64,000 nucleotides of DNA from the NCBI GenBank assembly GCA_049860595.1, contig CP187551.1, one strand, 5' to 3'. The translations under genes were made by a program, and so were the position numbers. The notes beneath the pieces were generated by a model that was not told where the DNA came from, ran no database searches, and saw nothing but the letters and a program-made list of their open reading frames with translations. Position 1 is the first letter of the stretch; each line of letters starts with the position of its first letter. This document shows positions 41,379 through 50,954 of this stretch, piece after piece. Source of the DNA: Methanocaldococcus sp. 16A (GTDB lineage Archaea; AGJL01; Methanococci; Methanococcales; Methanocaldococcaceae).

Positions 41379-42023
41379 ATGGATTTACTTTTAATTTTTT
41401 TATCTGGGATTTTTACGGCTTTAGGACCGTGTGTTTTAAGTATTTTGCCGATATCTCTTGCATACACTTTTAGCATATCAAATAATAAAAAAGATGGGTT
41501 TTTTGTGTCACTATTTTTTGTTTTAGGGTTAGCAACAATATTTAGTATTTTAGGTGTTTTATTTTCACTATTTGGTTCAGTATTTAATTTATATAGATTA
41601 AAGTTTATTGCTGGAATTTTAGCAATTATTTTTGGAGTTTTGATGATTCTAAACTATAACATAAAAATCTTTAATTTTAGTGCTAAAGGAAAAATCTGGA
41701 ATAAAGCTCTTTATGTGATAAATAAAAATAGAAAATTTAAATATTTAAGTTCTTTTTTATTTGGTTTCTGTTATGGAGTTTTAGCAAATACATGTGCAGA
41801 CCCTGTTTTAGTTAGCATTTTATCATATATTTCAACAAAAGGTGATATATTATATGGATTTTTTGCATTATTTGTTTATGCAATTGGTTTTGGTATTCCA
41901 ATAATTATATTAAGCTCTTTAGGTGTTGAAGGAAAAGAGATATTATCAAAAATTAATCCTAAAATAGTAAATCTTATATCAGGGACAATATTAATACTAC
42001 TGGGAATTTGGATTCTAATCTAA
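41379..42023 (+). CDS. ccdA: CcdA/DsbD transmembrane disulfide electron transporter
   Basis: GPCVL..LP, TC..P.L, Y..G.G.P. Confidence 0.85.
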   Translation: MDLLLIFLSGIFTALGPCVLSILPISLAYTFSISNNKKDGFFVSLFFVLGLATIFSILGVLFSLFGSVFNLYRLKFIAGILAIIFGVLMILNYNIKIFNFSAKGKIWNKALYVINKNRKFKYLSSFLFGFCYGVLANTCADPVLVSILSYISTKGDILYGFFALFVYAIGFGIPIIILSSLGVEGKEILSKINPKIVNLISGTILILLGIWILI

Positions 42024-42061
42024 AGTTTTTAATATTGCAAAAATTTAATATAATGGAATTA

Positions 42062-42176
42062 TATAGCTTTGTGCAAAATAAAATAAACATTAAAAAGGAA
42101 AAATTTGAATGCCTTCCTTTTGGAAGGCATTCTTTAATGCCTTATTTTATTTAAGATACTTTTGCACAAAGCTATA
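42062..42176. repeat. MITE-like repeat family B
   Basis: Perfect 17-bp TIR TATAGCTTTGTGCAAAA/TTTTGCACAAAGCTATA; internal GAATGCCTTCC-TTTT-GGAAGGCATTC. Confidence 0.85.
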
Positions 42177-42272
42177 ATAGGACTTTCGCAGGAAATAAAT
42201 ACAACAATGACCTTTGATGCCTTTTAGGCATCTGAATTCCTTAAAATAATATATAAACTGCAAAAGTCCTAT
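42177..42272. repeat. MITE-like repeat family A
   Basis: ATAGGACTTTCGCAG ... CTGCAAAAGTCCTAT; internal GATGCCT-TTT-AGGCATC. Confidence 0.8.
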
Positions 42273-42308
42273 AAATTAACTGCCCAAAAATATGTAGATG
42301 TGGTTTAT

Positions 42309-43055
42309 ATGATTAAAGAAAAGACAAAAGTGAAGGTTATTGGCTTAGAACTACCAATATTTAAAGGAAATGAAGATATAAATTTATCCGAACTAATAGC
42401 CCAATATCCAATTGAAGATGGGGATATTATTGTAATTGCAGAAACGTTAATCTCAAAATTAGAAGGAAACGTAATAGATAAAGACAAAATAATTCCTTCA
42501 AAAGAAGCTATTGAATTAGCTGAAAAAACTGGAAAAGACCCAAAAGTTGTTCAAGTTATTTTAGATGAAGCTAAAGAAGTAGTTAAAGTTGGAAAGAATT
42601 TTATTATTACAGAAACAAAACATGGCTTTGTTTGTGCCAATAGCGGTGTTGATGAAAGTAATGTGTTAGGTATAAAAACCCTGCCAAGAAACCCTGACGA
42701 GAGTGCTGAAAAAATTAGAAAAGAGATTGAAGAATTAACTGGAAAAAGAGTAGGGGTTATAATATCTGATAGTGTTGGAAGACCTTTTAGGAAGGGAGCT
42801 GTTGGAATAGCAATAGGTGTTAGTGGAATCTTGGCATTGTGGGATAGAAAAGGAGAAAAAGATTTATTTGGAAGGGAGTTAAAAACTACTGAAGTTGCTA
42901 TTGCCGATGAGTTGGCAAGTATGGCAAATGTTGTTATGGGAGAAGCTGATGAAGGAATCCCTGTTGTGATAATTAGAGGGGCTAAAGTCCCATTTGGTGA
43001 TGGAAAAGGAAAAGATTTAATTAGACCAAAAGAAGAAGATGTTTTTAGAACATAA
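42309..43055 (+). CDS. cofE: Coenzyme F420-0:L-glutamate ligase
   Basis: SK.EG, CANSGVDESN, DS.GRPFR.G, ADELAS.AN.VMGE. Confidence 0.95.
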   Translation: MIKEKTKVKVIGLELPIFKGNEDINLSELIAQYPIEDGDIIVIAETLISKLEGNVIDKDKIIPSKEAIELAEKTGKDPKVVQVILDEAKEVVKVGKNFIITETKHGFVCANSGVDESNVLGIKTLPRNPDESAEKIRKEIEELTGKRVGVIISDSVGRPFRKGAVGIAIGVSGILALWDRKGEKDLFGRELKTTEVAIADELASMANVVMGEADEGIPVVIIRGAKVPFGDGKGKDLIRPKEEDVFRT

Positions 43056-43072
43056 TTTTTTGGTGAGCTTAA

Positions 43073-43756
43073 ATGGTGAAAAAAGTTTATGGTATTGGTG
43101 TAGGAGTTGGAGACAAAAAGCTACTAACTTTAAGAGCATTGGAAATTTTAAAAAAAGTGGATAAAATATTTGTTCCAATATCTAAAGAAGGAAAAAAATC
43201 TATCGCTTATGAGATTATAAAGGATTACATTTATGGAAAGGAAATAGAGGAGCTATTATTCCCAATGATTAAAGATAAAAACAAATTAAAAAAATATTGG
43301 GGAAATGCTTTAGAGAAAGTTTTAAATGAAGATGGGGAAGTTGCTATAATAACAATTGGTGACCCAACACTTTACAGCACATTCTCTTATGTTTGGAAAC
43401 TTTTAAGAGAGAAAGGTGTTGAGATAGAGATAATTAATGGAATATCTTCAATCTTTGCTTCTGCAGCAGCTTTGAAAATCCCATTAGTTGAAGGCGATGA
43501 AAAACTATGCATTCTTCCACAGGGAAAAGATTTAGAGAAATATATTAATGAATTTGACACAATAATTATTATGAAAACAAAAAATTTAAAAGAAAAGTTA
43601 GAAAAAATAAAGAATAGAGATGATTATATAGTTGGTTTAGTAAAGAGAGTAACATTTGAAGATGAAAAAGTAGTAATTGGTAAATTAGATGAGTTGAATT
43701 TCGATGAATTTAATGATTATCTCTCCTTAGCTATAATAAAGAGGGTTAAAAAATGA
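43073..43756 (+). CDS. cbiL: Cobalt-precorrin-2 C20-methyltransferase
   Basis: GIGVG.GD, FPM, GDPTLYST, GISS, IMK. Confidence 0.88.
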   Translation: MVKKVYGIGVGVGDKKLLTLRALEILKKVDKIFVPISKEGKKSIAYEIIKDYIYGKEIEELLFPMIKDKNKLKKYWGNALEKVLNEDGEVAIITIGDPTLYSTFSYVWKLLREKGVEIEIINGISSIFASAAALKIPLVEGDEKLCILPQGKDLEKYINEFDTIIIMKTKNLKEKLEKIKNRDDYIVGLVKRVTFEDEKVVIGKLDELNFDEFNDYLSLAIIKRVKK

Positions 43757-44814
43757 AAATAATAAGAGCAGTTCCTGAAGAATTTTTAAATGGATTATAT
43801 TTAATTCCAACAGATAGAGGAAATTTGTTAGAGTTAGATGAAAACGGAAATTTTGAAGTAGTTAATAATATACCAATAATTAGAATTTTAGCAACACCAA
43901 ATTTAAAAAAGACGATAGCAAAGATTGTCTATCAAATCAAAGATAAATATTATCTCTTTAAAGATTACAAAAAAGCAAGCTGGTTAAAAAATCTTTTAGA
44001 ATATATTAACAACAAAATTGAATTTGATAAATACTACAGAGCCAAAAAAGCATGGTATAGAGGAATAGGAGATTTATTTAAAAATATAAGGACATGGGAT
44101 TTTGAAAAAGTCATTGGGAAAATAATCTCATTATTAAAAGTTTTAAACCCAATAATTGTTTTTGATGTTCATGACATACGGAAATGGCATTATGGAAAGA
44201 GTTTTATAAACTTTGTTAAAGAATTAAGAAAAAACAATTTAAGTGTTGTGATAAGATATCCAATTGATTGTCATGAGGAAATTAGAGAAATTTTTCCAGA
44301 AGGTACTTTAAATACAAAAGCAGCTATAAAATACTTTGCAAAGATTCATGGTTATTATATAAGCAATAAAGTGGCTGATTATTTACTAAAAATAACTAAT
44401 GGAAACTTAGAAACAATATATTTAATACTAAGACACTCAAAAAGGGAAATAAAAAATCTTAGAGAGCTAAAAATACCATGGCTTAAAATTTTACCATATA
44501 TAGTGGATTCGAAATATCGAAAATTGGTTGAGGCAATAATAGAGTTACGGAAGTTTAAAGTTGAAGATATCATCTATAAGGTTAATTACAAATTATCAAC
44601 ATTATACAGATATTTAGACGAATTGGTTGAGTTAGGTATATTAACAAAAATAAAACACAAAGGTAGAGTTAGGTTTAAAATAAGATTAAATAGAAACATC
44701 CTTTTAGAGCTCATTAAAAAATCTAAAAATAACTATTTTCATTGGTTCTCTATTTTTTTGTTAGATAGTATACCGTGGAATATACGGATTTTCGAATTTT
44801 CGAAGAATATATAG
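43753..44814 (+). CDS. Hypothetical protein: degenerate AAA+-like region plus C-terminal winged HTH
   Basis: IIVFD, lid-like TNGN; STLYRYLDELVELGIL wHTH; no Walker A. Confidence 0.6.
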   Translation: MKIIRAVPEEFLNGLYLIPTDRGNLLELDENGNFEVVNNIPIIRILATPNLKKTIAKIVYQIKDKYYLFKDYKKASWLKNLLEYINNKIEFDKYYRAKKAWYRGIGDLFKNIRTWDFEKVIGKIISLLKVLNPIIVFDVHDIRKWHYGKSFINFVKELRKNNLSVVIRYPIDCHEEIREIFPEGTLNTKAAIKYFAKIHGYYISNKVADYLLKITNGNLETIYLILRHSKREIKNLRELKIPWLKILPYIVDSKYRKLVEAIIELRKFKVEDIIYKVNYKLSTLYRYLDELVELGILTKIKHKGRVRFKIRLNRNILLELIKKSKNNYFHWFSIFLLDSIPWNIRIFEFSKNI

Positions 44815-45335
44815 AGTTAAGGATTATCATACTAACCTGGACGATAGTGTTAATATTTATTGATTGTGCAAAGTTGTGACAAAATCTTGTTTTATTTTTT
44901 GACATATTGTTAATATTTTAAGAAATTCAATTTAAATACTAACTTCTTATAAGATTTTCGAATTTTCGAGTTGAATGTATGTATATGAGAAGATATTCTA
45001 TCGAGAGTTAATAATGGTTGTGAATATCACAAACATGACTATTATATTATTATACTTTTTTTCTCAATATAAGTTAAAAACATAAAAATTTTATGTTTTT
45101 AGTTTAAATTTAATATATTACAAAATATTTACAAAAAACAATGTTAAAAAAATTGTTATTTTAAAAAATAAAAATAAAAAACAACAAATGAATATAAAAA
45201 TCCAACATTAACTGTTTGTTATACAAAATAATATACAGTAATCTCTATCTTATTTTTGTGATAATCTGTTCTTTGAAAAATTCTTGCTCATCTGATATCC
45301 ATATACATACATTCGACTCGAAAATTCGAAATTTA

Positions 45336-45863
45336 TTAATCCTGATTTTTCAATGTGTTGTAGAACTTTTTCAGATAATTAATATGTTTACAGTTATCAC
45401 TCTGACAGATAACACACCACCAATGACCTCTATTGCTTCTAAAAACGTCTCCTAAATGCTCTCCGTTGGAATCAAAGAACGAAAATATAAATCCTCCAAG
45501 TTTATCTTCTTTCCATCTGATTTCAAACCCTATCCTATCTACCGGGTAATACTTAGTAGCAATTTTCTTTTTAGGTAATTGTTCGAAAACACTCGAAAAA
45601 CTCAAATCGAATATTTCTGGGGCTAATCTTTTTAATATCGCTAATCCTTTTGAGGTAAATGAATATATAACCTTATGTCCTGCTCTTTCCCTCTTCATTA
45701 TGTTTAGAGCTGAACACAACCTTAAAAAAGAGCTTGCAAGACCTTTCGATATATTTAAATTCTCTGCGAGTGATTGTGGATAAGTTGTGCCACGTATTAA
45801 CACATAATGTAAAATGGCTTTTCTAAATATAGTTGATATGATTTCGTATGGTAATCTTTCCAT
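45336..45863 (-). CDS. wHTH protein with C-terminal SWIM-like zinc finger
   Basis: TYPQSLAE.LNISKG...; W.C..C....CKH. Confidence 0.7.
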   Translation of the reverse strand: MERLPYEIISTIFRKAILHYVLIRGTTYPQSLAENLNISKGLASSFLRLCSALNIMKRERAGHKVIYSFTSKGLAILKRLAPEIFDLSFSSVFEQLPKKKIATKYYPVDRIGFEIRWKEDKLGGFIFSFFDSNGEHLGDVFRSNRGHWWCVICQSDNCKHINYLKKFYNTLKNQD

Positions 45864-46538
45864 TTATAACACCTTTATTTTTGATATAAATTATTTTTTT
45901 GCTCTTATGTTATTGGTGTTCAATTATATTTACTATACTTACTTATAAATCTTTTGATTCACGATATAGTTTTACCCACTAATTTTTCGTTGCAGTATTA
46001 CCAATATTTTAAAAATTTTTGTTTGAATATAGGTATTGATAGAGCATGTATTTATTTATTTCTTTTATATTCCAATTTTATATTTTTCTTTACTAATAGT
46101 ATATAGTTTTAATATATTGTTAATTAGAGTATAATTTTTGATTCATAGTATTTTGTATATTATAAGTTTAGATTCACGATATTTTATTTTTCGTGTGTTG
46201 TAATAATTCCCATGAGAAGAATTAAAATTAATTTTATTTCATTAGAATAATATATATATTATTTTTATTTTTATTCAAGTTTGTTTCTGAGAATGATGTT
46301 TATTTGCATTATATATAATATTATTTGATTCACGATATTTTTTAATTTTATTGTTTGATTCATAATATTTTTAAAAATAAAATATATAACAAAATATTTA
46401 AATTAATTAATAATTAATTACATCTATTATTCTATTTTTCGAAATCTATATAATACACTTAGAACAAAAATTCGAAACCACTACAGAACATTATAATTAT
46501 CAATTCAAATTAATTCATATTTTATTATCGGTGGAAAC
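45864..46538. other. Putative chromosomal replication origin (oriC)
   Basis: 675-bp very AT-rich intergenic with five direct repeats TT(T/A)GATTCA(C/T)(G/A)(A/G)TAT, adjacent to a Cdc6-like gene. Confidence 0.75.
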
Positions 46539-47768
46539 ATGGACCCAATAGAGTTTATACAAAAATCTGCAAGCTCTATAGCAAGCACCATGCATAAATT
46601 GAAATTAAAATATAATCCATTTTCTGAGAAGCCAATAAGAGGCAATACAAAGTTTTTTGTTGGTAGAGTTAGTGAGTTGAGGGAGATTGGAGAGATCTTA
46701 GGTTCTGCTTTGCATGGTAGTGTAGCCAATGCTGCAATAGTTGGGACTAAGGGGATAGGAAAGAGTTCAATGCTCAACATCATATACTATGCTACAAAAA
46801 AGCAAGGACATTGGGTTGTTGAGCTAACAGCCTCTCAAATAACGCCAAGACAATTTTTGATACAACTTTTATACAATATATTAACTGAAAATATTCTAAC
46901 TATGAGTGGAACTATAAAATCTGATTATATGGAGCATTCAAACAGAATTTTGGACATGTATAGAAAGTTAAACAACTATGGAGATAAAGTTCCTATACAT
47001 TATCCAAGAGAGAGAATTGAAAGAGATTTAGAATATTTAATAAATGAAGTTAAAAGCCAGGATAAGTTATGTATAATATTAATTGATGAAGCAGACCAAT
47101 TTGCAAAAAAAAGCTGTTTATCTTTATTACAATTTTTCCACTCATTTTTGTATGAAGAAGGAATTTTAACCTTCATGGCAGGTTCCCCAACATTAATGGA
47201 TGATTTGACAAAAATATCTCCACCAATAAAAGATAGAATTCCAAAGATAATAAATATGCCTCCTTTATCAAAAGATGAGTCCTATGATTTAATTAGAAGA
47301 AGATTAGAAGATGCGCATATAGATGGTGCTGAGGAATTTGAGCCGTTTACTGAAGATGCTATACACAAGATTGTTGAAGAGTGTGATGGTATTCCAAGAA
47401 AGATAATAATGACTTGCTCTGAGTCTATATCAATAGCTATAAGAAAAGGTTTAACCAAAATAGATGAGAGAGTAGTTAAAGAGGCTATGCATTCTCTTGG
47501 GATTAGTGTAGGGCATCAAATTCTAAATCATTTAACTCCTGCCCAGTCAGAGATTGTTAGGGCAATGGCGGAGCTTGGAGGTTCTGCAACTGTAACTCAA
47601 CTTTCTGAATATTTAAAAAAATCACCAAGTACTATTGGAACACATTTATCAGACATTTATGAGATGGGATATATTTATAAAGAAAGGGATGGAAACAATG
47701 TGTATTATAGACTGTCTAAAGAACTTAGGGATGTTTTAATAGGTGAAGATGATGAATTGGAGATGTGA
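46539..47768 (+). CDS. Cdc6/Orc1-like AAA+ ATPase with C-terminal wHTH (candidate initiator)
   Basis: Walker A GTKGIGKS, Walker B LIDEAD, sensor-2 GIPR, wHTH. Confidence 0.8.
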   Translation: MDPIEFIQKSASSIASTMHKLKLKYNPFSEKPIRGNTKFFVGRVSELREIGEILGSALHGSVANAAIVGTKGIGKSSMLNIIYYATKKQGHWVVELTASQITPRQFLIQLLYNILTENILTMSGTIKSDYMEHSNRILDMYRKLNNYGDKVPIHYPRERIERDLEYLINEVKSQDKLCIILIDEADQFAKKSCLSLLQFFHSFLYEEGILTFMAGSPTLMDDLTKISPPIKDRIPKIINMPPLSKDESYDLIRRRLEDAHIDGAEEFEPFTEDAIHKIVEECDGIPRKIIMTCSESISIAIRKGLTKIDERVVKEAMHSLGISVGHQILNHLTPAQSEIVRAMAELGGSATVTQLSEYLKKSPSTIGTHLSDIYEMGYIYKERDGNNVYYRLSKELRDVLIGEDDELEM

Positions 47769-48684
47769 TGTTCAAAATTTTGAGCCAGATGTTAAAATAT
47801 CTTTAACAAGAGTAGGAGTTACAAATCTAAAAAAACTTGTTAGATTAAAAAGAAAAAATAAACGACCTATTATTTTATTATCTACTTTTGAAGTTTTTGT
47901 TAATTTGCCGAGCTCACAAAAAGGTATTCACATGTCAAGAAATCCTGAAGTTATAGAGGGAATTATAGATGAAGCATTAGAGATGGAGAGTTATGAGATA
48001 GAAACAATTTGTGAAGAGATTGTTAAGAGATTGTTTGAAAAACATGAATACGCTACAGAAGCAGAGGTTTTTATGGTTAGTGATTTCATGACTAAGGAGA
48101 AAAGCCCAATATCTGAGAAATATTCTCAAGAGATACATAAAATTATGGGTGGAGCTAAAGGAATAAAGAAAGATGATAAAATTGAAATAACAAAAATTGT
48201 TGGGGCTGAAGTTATTGGCATCACTGCTTGTCCATGTGCTCAAAATTTAATAAAAGAGATATCTATTAGAAATTTAAAGGAAAAAGGATTTTCTGATGAA
48301 GATATTGAGAAAATATTGGATTCTGTTATCTTTGCTACTCACAACCAGAGAGGAATTGGTAGAATTATATTAGAAGTTCCTACAGGTTATGATATTGAGA
48401 TTATGGATATCATTGATATAATTAAAAAATCCATGAGTGCTGAGATTTATGGAATTTTGAAGAGAGCTGATGAAGCTTATGTTGTTGAACAAAGCCATAA
48501 AAATCCTAAGTTTGTTGAGGATTGTGTTAGAGAGATGGCTAAAAGAGTTGTAGAGAAGTTTAAACATCTACCAGATGAAACAAAGGTTTCAATTAGGCAA
48601 ATAAATATGGAAAGTATTCATAGACATGATGCATTTGCTGAAAAAGTAGCAACTCTTGGAGAATTACGGAGAGAACTAGAATAA
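47743..48684 (+). CDS. mptA: GTP cyclohydrolase MptA (FolE2 family)
   Basis: DVQ, KGIHMSR, TACPCA, THNQRG, FVED.VR, ESIH.H. Confidence 0.93.
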   Translation: MKMMNWRCDVQNFEPDVKISLTRVGVTNLKKLVRLKRKNKRPIILLSTFEVFVNLPSSQKGIHMSRNPEVIEGIIDEALEMESYEIETICEEIVKRLFEKHEYATEAEVFMVSDFMTKEKSPISEKYSQEIHKIMGGAKGIKKDDKIEITKIVGAEVIGITACPCAQNLIKEISIRNLKEKGFSDEDIEKILDSVIFATHNQRGIGRIILEVPTGYDIEIMDIIDIIKKSMSAEIYGILKRADEAYVVEQSHKNPKFVEDCVREMAKRVVEKFKHLPDETKVSIRQINMESIHRHDAFAEKVATLGELRRELE

Positions 48685-48731
48685 TACTTTGAGTTTATAG
48701 ATTATTTTATTTCTATTTTTATCAAATTATA

Positions 48732-49841
48732 ATGGGGGAGAATTTGAAAGCTTTGGTTTTAGGAGTTAATACAAGACCTGTAGTTAATTCTCTCAAAAAA
48801 TTAGGATTCTATGTATATTCTGTTTCTTACTATGCCCCAGAAGATTTAAATGCTGATAAAATATATTATCTGATAAATCCTTTAGCTCATGGAAGGTTGA
48901 GAGAAAATTATAATGAGAATAGATTAATTGAGATAGCTAATGAATTAGTTGATGAAGTTGATTATATCTTTATAACTTCGGGTGTTTTTGAATTCGAAAA
49001 TTCGAAAGTTCCAAAATGGGATAATGTTGTAGGCAACGAGCCAAAAAAGATAAATGAAATATCCAATAAATTTAAAACATGTAAAAAATTAAAAAATTTA
49101 GGTTTTAATGTACCAGAAACAAAGAAAATTAACAATAAAACTCAATTATATAAATTTTTGGAAGAATTTAAATCCTGTGTTTTAAAGCCTATTTACGGTA
49201 GTGGAGGAGGAGTTATAAAGCTGAATTTAAATGATTATAGTGATGAGTTAATTTGTAATATCAAATTCCCAATTATTGCTCAAGAGTATATTGGAGGGAA
49301 AAGTTTTAGTGCTAACTTTATAGGCAATACATTTATAACCTTTAACAAACAAATTATTATTAAGGGAATGTATGCTGGAAATTTAACACCATATCTAAAT
49401 TTGCCAAATAAGTTTATTAAAATATTTAGTGAGGTTATAGAAGCTTTTGGACTAAAAGGAATGAGTGGAATTGATTTTTTAATTAAAGATAATGAGCCAT
49501 GTATTGTTGATATAAACCCACGAATTTTAGGAACGTTTGAAACTATAGAGCTGAGTGCATCTCAAAATTTAGCAAAAGCTCTATTAAATAACAAATATAC
49601 CAAAGAAATTAAACTAAAAGAGACATATATAAAGAGGATATTGTTTGCTAAAGAAAAAATTATTGCAAATATATCAAAAAGAGACTTTGTATATGATATT
49701 CCAAAGAAAAATGCAGTTATAGAGAAAGGAGAACCTATAGCTACAGTAATTGCAAAAGAAAACATTAAATCAATAATAAACAGCGTTTATAAGGAGTGTG
49801 CAGAGTATGACAAAAGAAAACAAGATAGAGAGGATATATGA
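48732..49841 (+). CDS. ATP-grasp domain protein
   Basis: KP..GSGG, QEYI.G, GIDF, DINPR. Confidence 0.85.
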   Translation: MGENLKALVLGVNTRPVVNSLKKLGFYVYSVSYYAPEDLNADKIYYLINPLAHGRLRENYNENRLIEIANELVDEVDYIFITSGVFEFENSKVPKWDNVVGNEPKKINEISNKFKTCKKLKNLGFNVPETKKINNKTQLYKFLEEFKSCVLKPIYGSGGGVIKLNLNDYSDELICNIKFPIIAQEYIGGKSFSANFIGNTFITFNKQIIIKGMYAGNLTPYLNLPNKFIKIFSEVIEAFGLKGMSGIDFLIKDNEPCIVDINPRILGTFETIELSASQNLAKALLNNKYTKEIKLKETYIKRILFAKEKIIANISKRDFVYDIPKKNAVIEKGEPIATVIAKENIKSIINSVYKECAEYDKRKQDREDI

Positions 49842-50364
49842 AATGTTAAACGACCCTCTGATTCAAGAAGTTCTATTTAATATATTTGAAGGAGAAGAAA
49901 AAGGATTTGAAGTTATTGATATACTTTTAGAGAAAGGTGAGACTACAGAGGAAGAGATTGCTAAAGAACTTGGTGTAAAGCTTAATGTAGTTAGGAAATT
50001 ACTTTATAAGTTGTATGATGCAAGATTGGTTGATTACAAAAGATGGAAAGATGAAGATACCAATTGGTATTCCTATACCTGGCTGCCAACACTTGAAAAA
50101 CTTCCTTATGTAGTAAAAAAGAAGATAAATGAGTTAATTAAGGACCTTAAAGAAAAGTTAGAGTTTGAGAAAAATAACATGTTTTTCTTCTGTTCAAATT
50201 GTAATGTAAGATTTACATTTGAAGAAGCAATGGATTATGGATTTACGTGTCCTGGTTGTGGAAATATGCTACAAGAATTTGACAATAGTAAATTAATTAA
50301 AGATTTAGAGGAGCAAATAAAATTTTTAGAGGAAGAATTAAAGAACAATCCTTTTTTAAAATAA
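49807..50364 (+). CDS. tfe: Transcription factor E
   Basis: TEEEIA..LG..LN.VRK.LY.L, W..Y.W, Zn ribbon C..C...FEEA...F.CP.CG. Confidence 0.93.
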   Translation: MTKENKIERIYEMLNDPLIQEVLFNIFEGEEKGFEVIDILLEKGETTEEEIAKELGVKLNVVRKLLYKLYDARLVDYKRWKDEDTNWYSYTWLPTLEKLPYVVKKKINELIKDLKEKLEFEKNNMFFFCSNCNVRFTFEEAMDYGFTCPGCGNMLQEFDNSKLIKDLEEQIKFLEEELKNNPFLK

Positions 50365-50426
50365 CTTTTAAATGAAAAACTTAACTTGTGTATAATTTTT
50401 CCAACTATTAAATTTAGAGTGAGAAC

Positions 50427-50936
50427 ATGGAGTTTGAAAAAGCATTATCTATTTTAAAAAATTTATGTTCTAAGGATGTGGTAGAACATTGTTTAGCAGT
50501 TTCAGAATATGCCTATGAATTAGCTTTGGCTATAAAAAACAACGGATATAGTGTTGATGTTGAGCTTGTTAGATTGGGAGGTTTATTGCATGATATTGGA
50601 AGAAGTAAAACTCATGGGATAGAGCATGGAATTGTAGGGGCTGAAATTTTGAGGGAGTTAGGATTTGATGAGAAACTTGCATTAATAGCTGAGAGACACA
50701 TTGGAGCAGGAATAACAAAAGAAGAAGCTATAGAGCTTGGATTACCACCAAAAGATTATCTGCCAATAACCTTAGAAGAAAAGATTGTAACTCATGCAGA
50801 TAATTTAATATTTGGAACTAAAAGGGTAGAAATAGATGATGTTATAAAAAAATTTGAAAAGAAACTTGGTGAAAACCATCCTTCAATTAAACGAATTATT
50901 TTATTAAATGAGGAGATAAATAATCTTTTAAAATAA
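50427..50936 (+). CDS. HD domain protein
   Basis: LLHDIGRS.THG..HG, ERHIGAG, EEKIV.HAD. Confidence 0.88.
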   Translation: MEFEKALSILKNLCSKDVVEHCLAVSEYAYELALAIKNNGYSVDVELVRLGGLLHDIGRSKTHGIEHGIVGAEILRELGFDEKLALIAERHIGAGITKEEAIELGLPPKDYLPITLEEKIVTHADNLIFGTKRVEIDDVIKKFEKKLGENHPSIKRIILLNEEINNLLK

Positions 50937-50954
50937 TAGAATAATATACTTAGA

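Noticed and set aside
45953-46368. Direct repeats as a CRISPR array
   Set aside because: Repeats are only 15 bp, irregularly spaced (30-184 bp), and no cas genes are in the window
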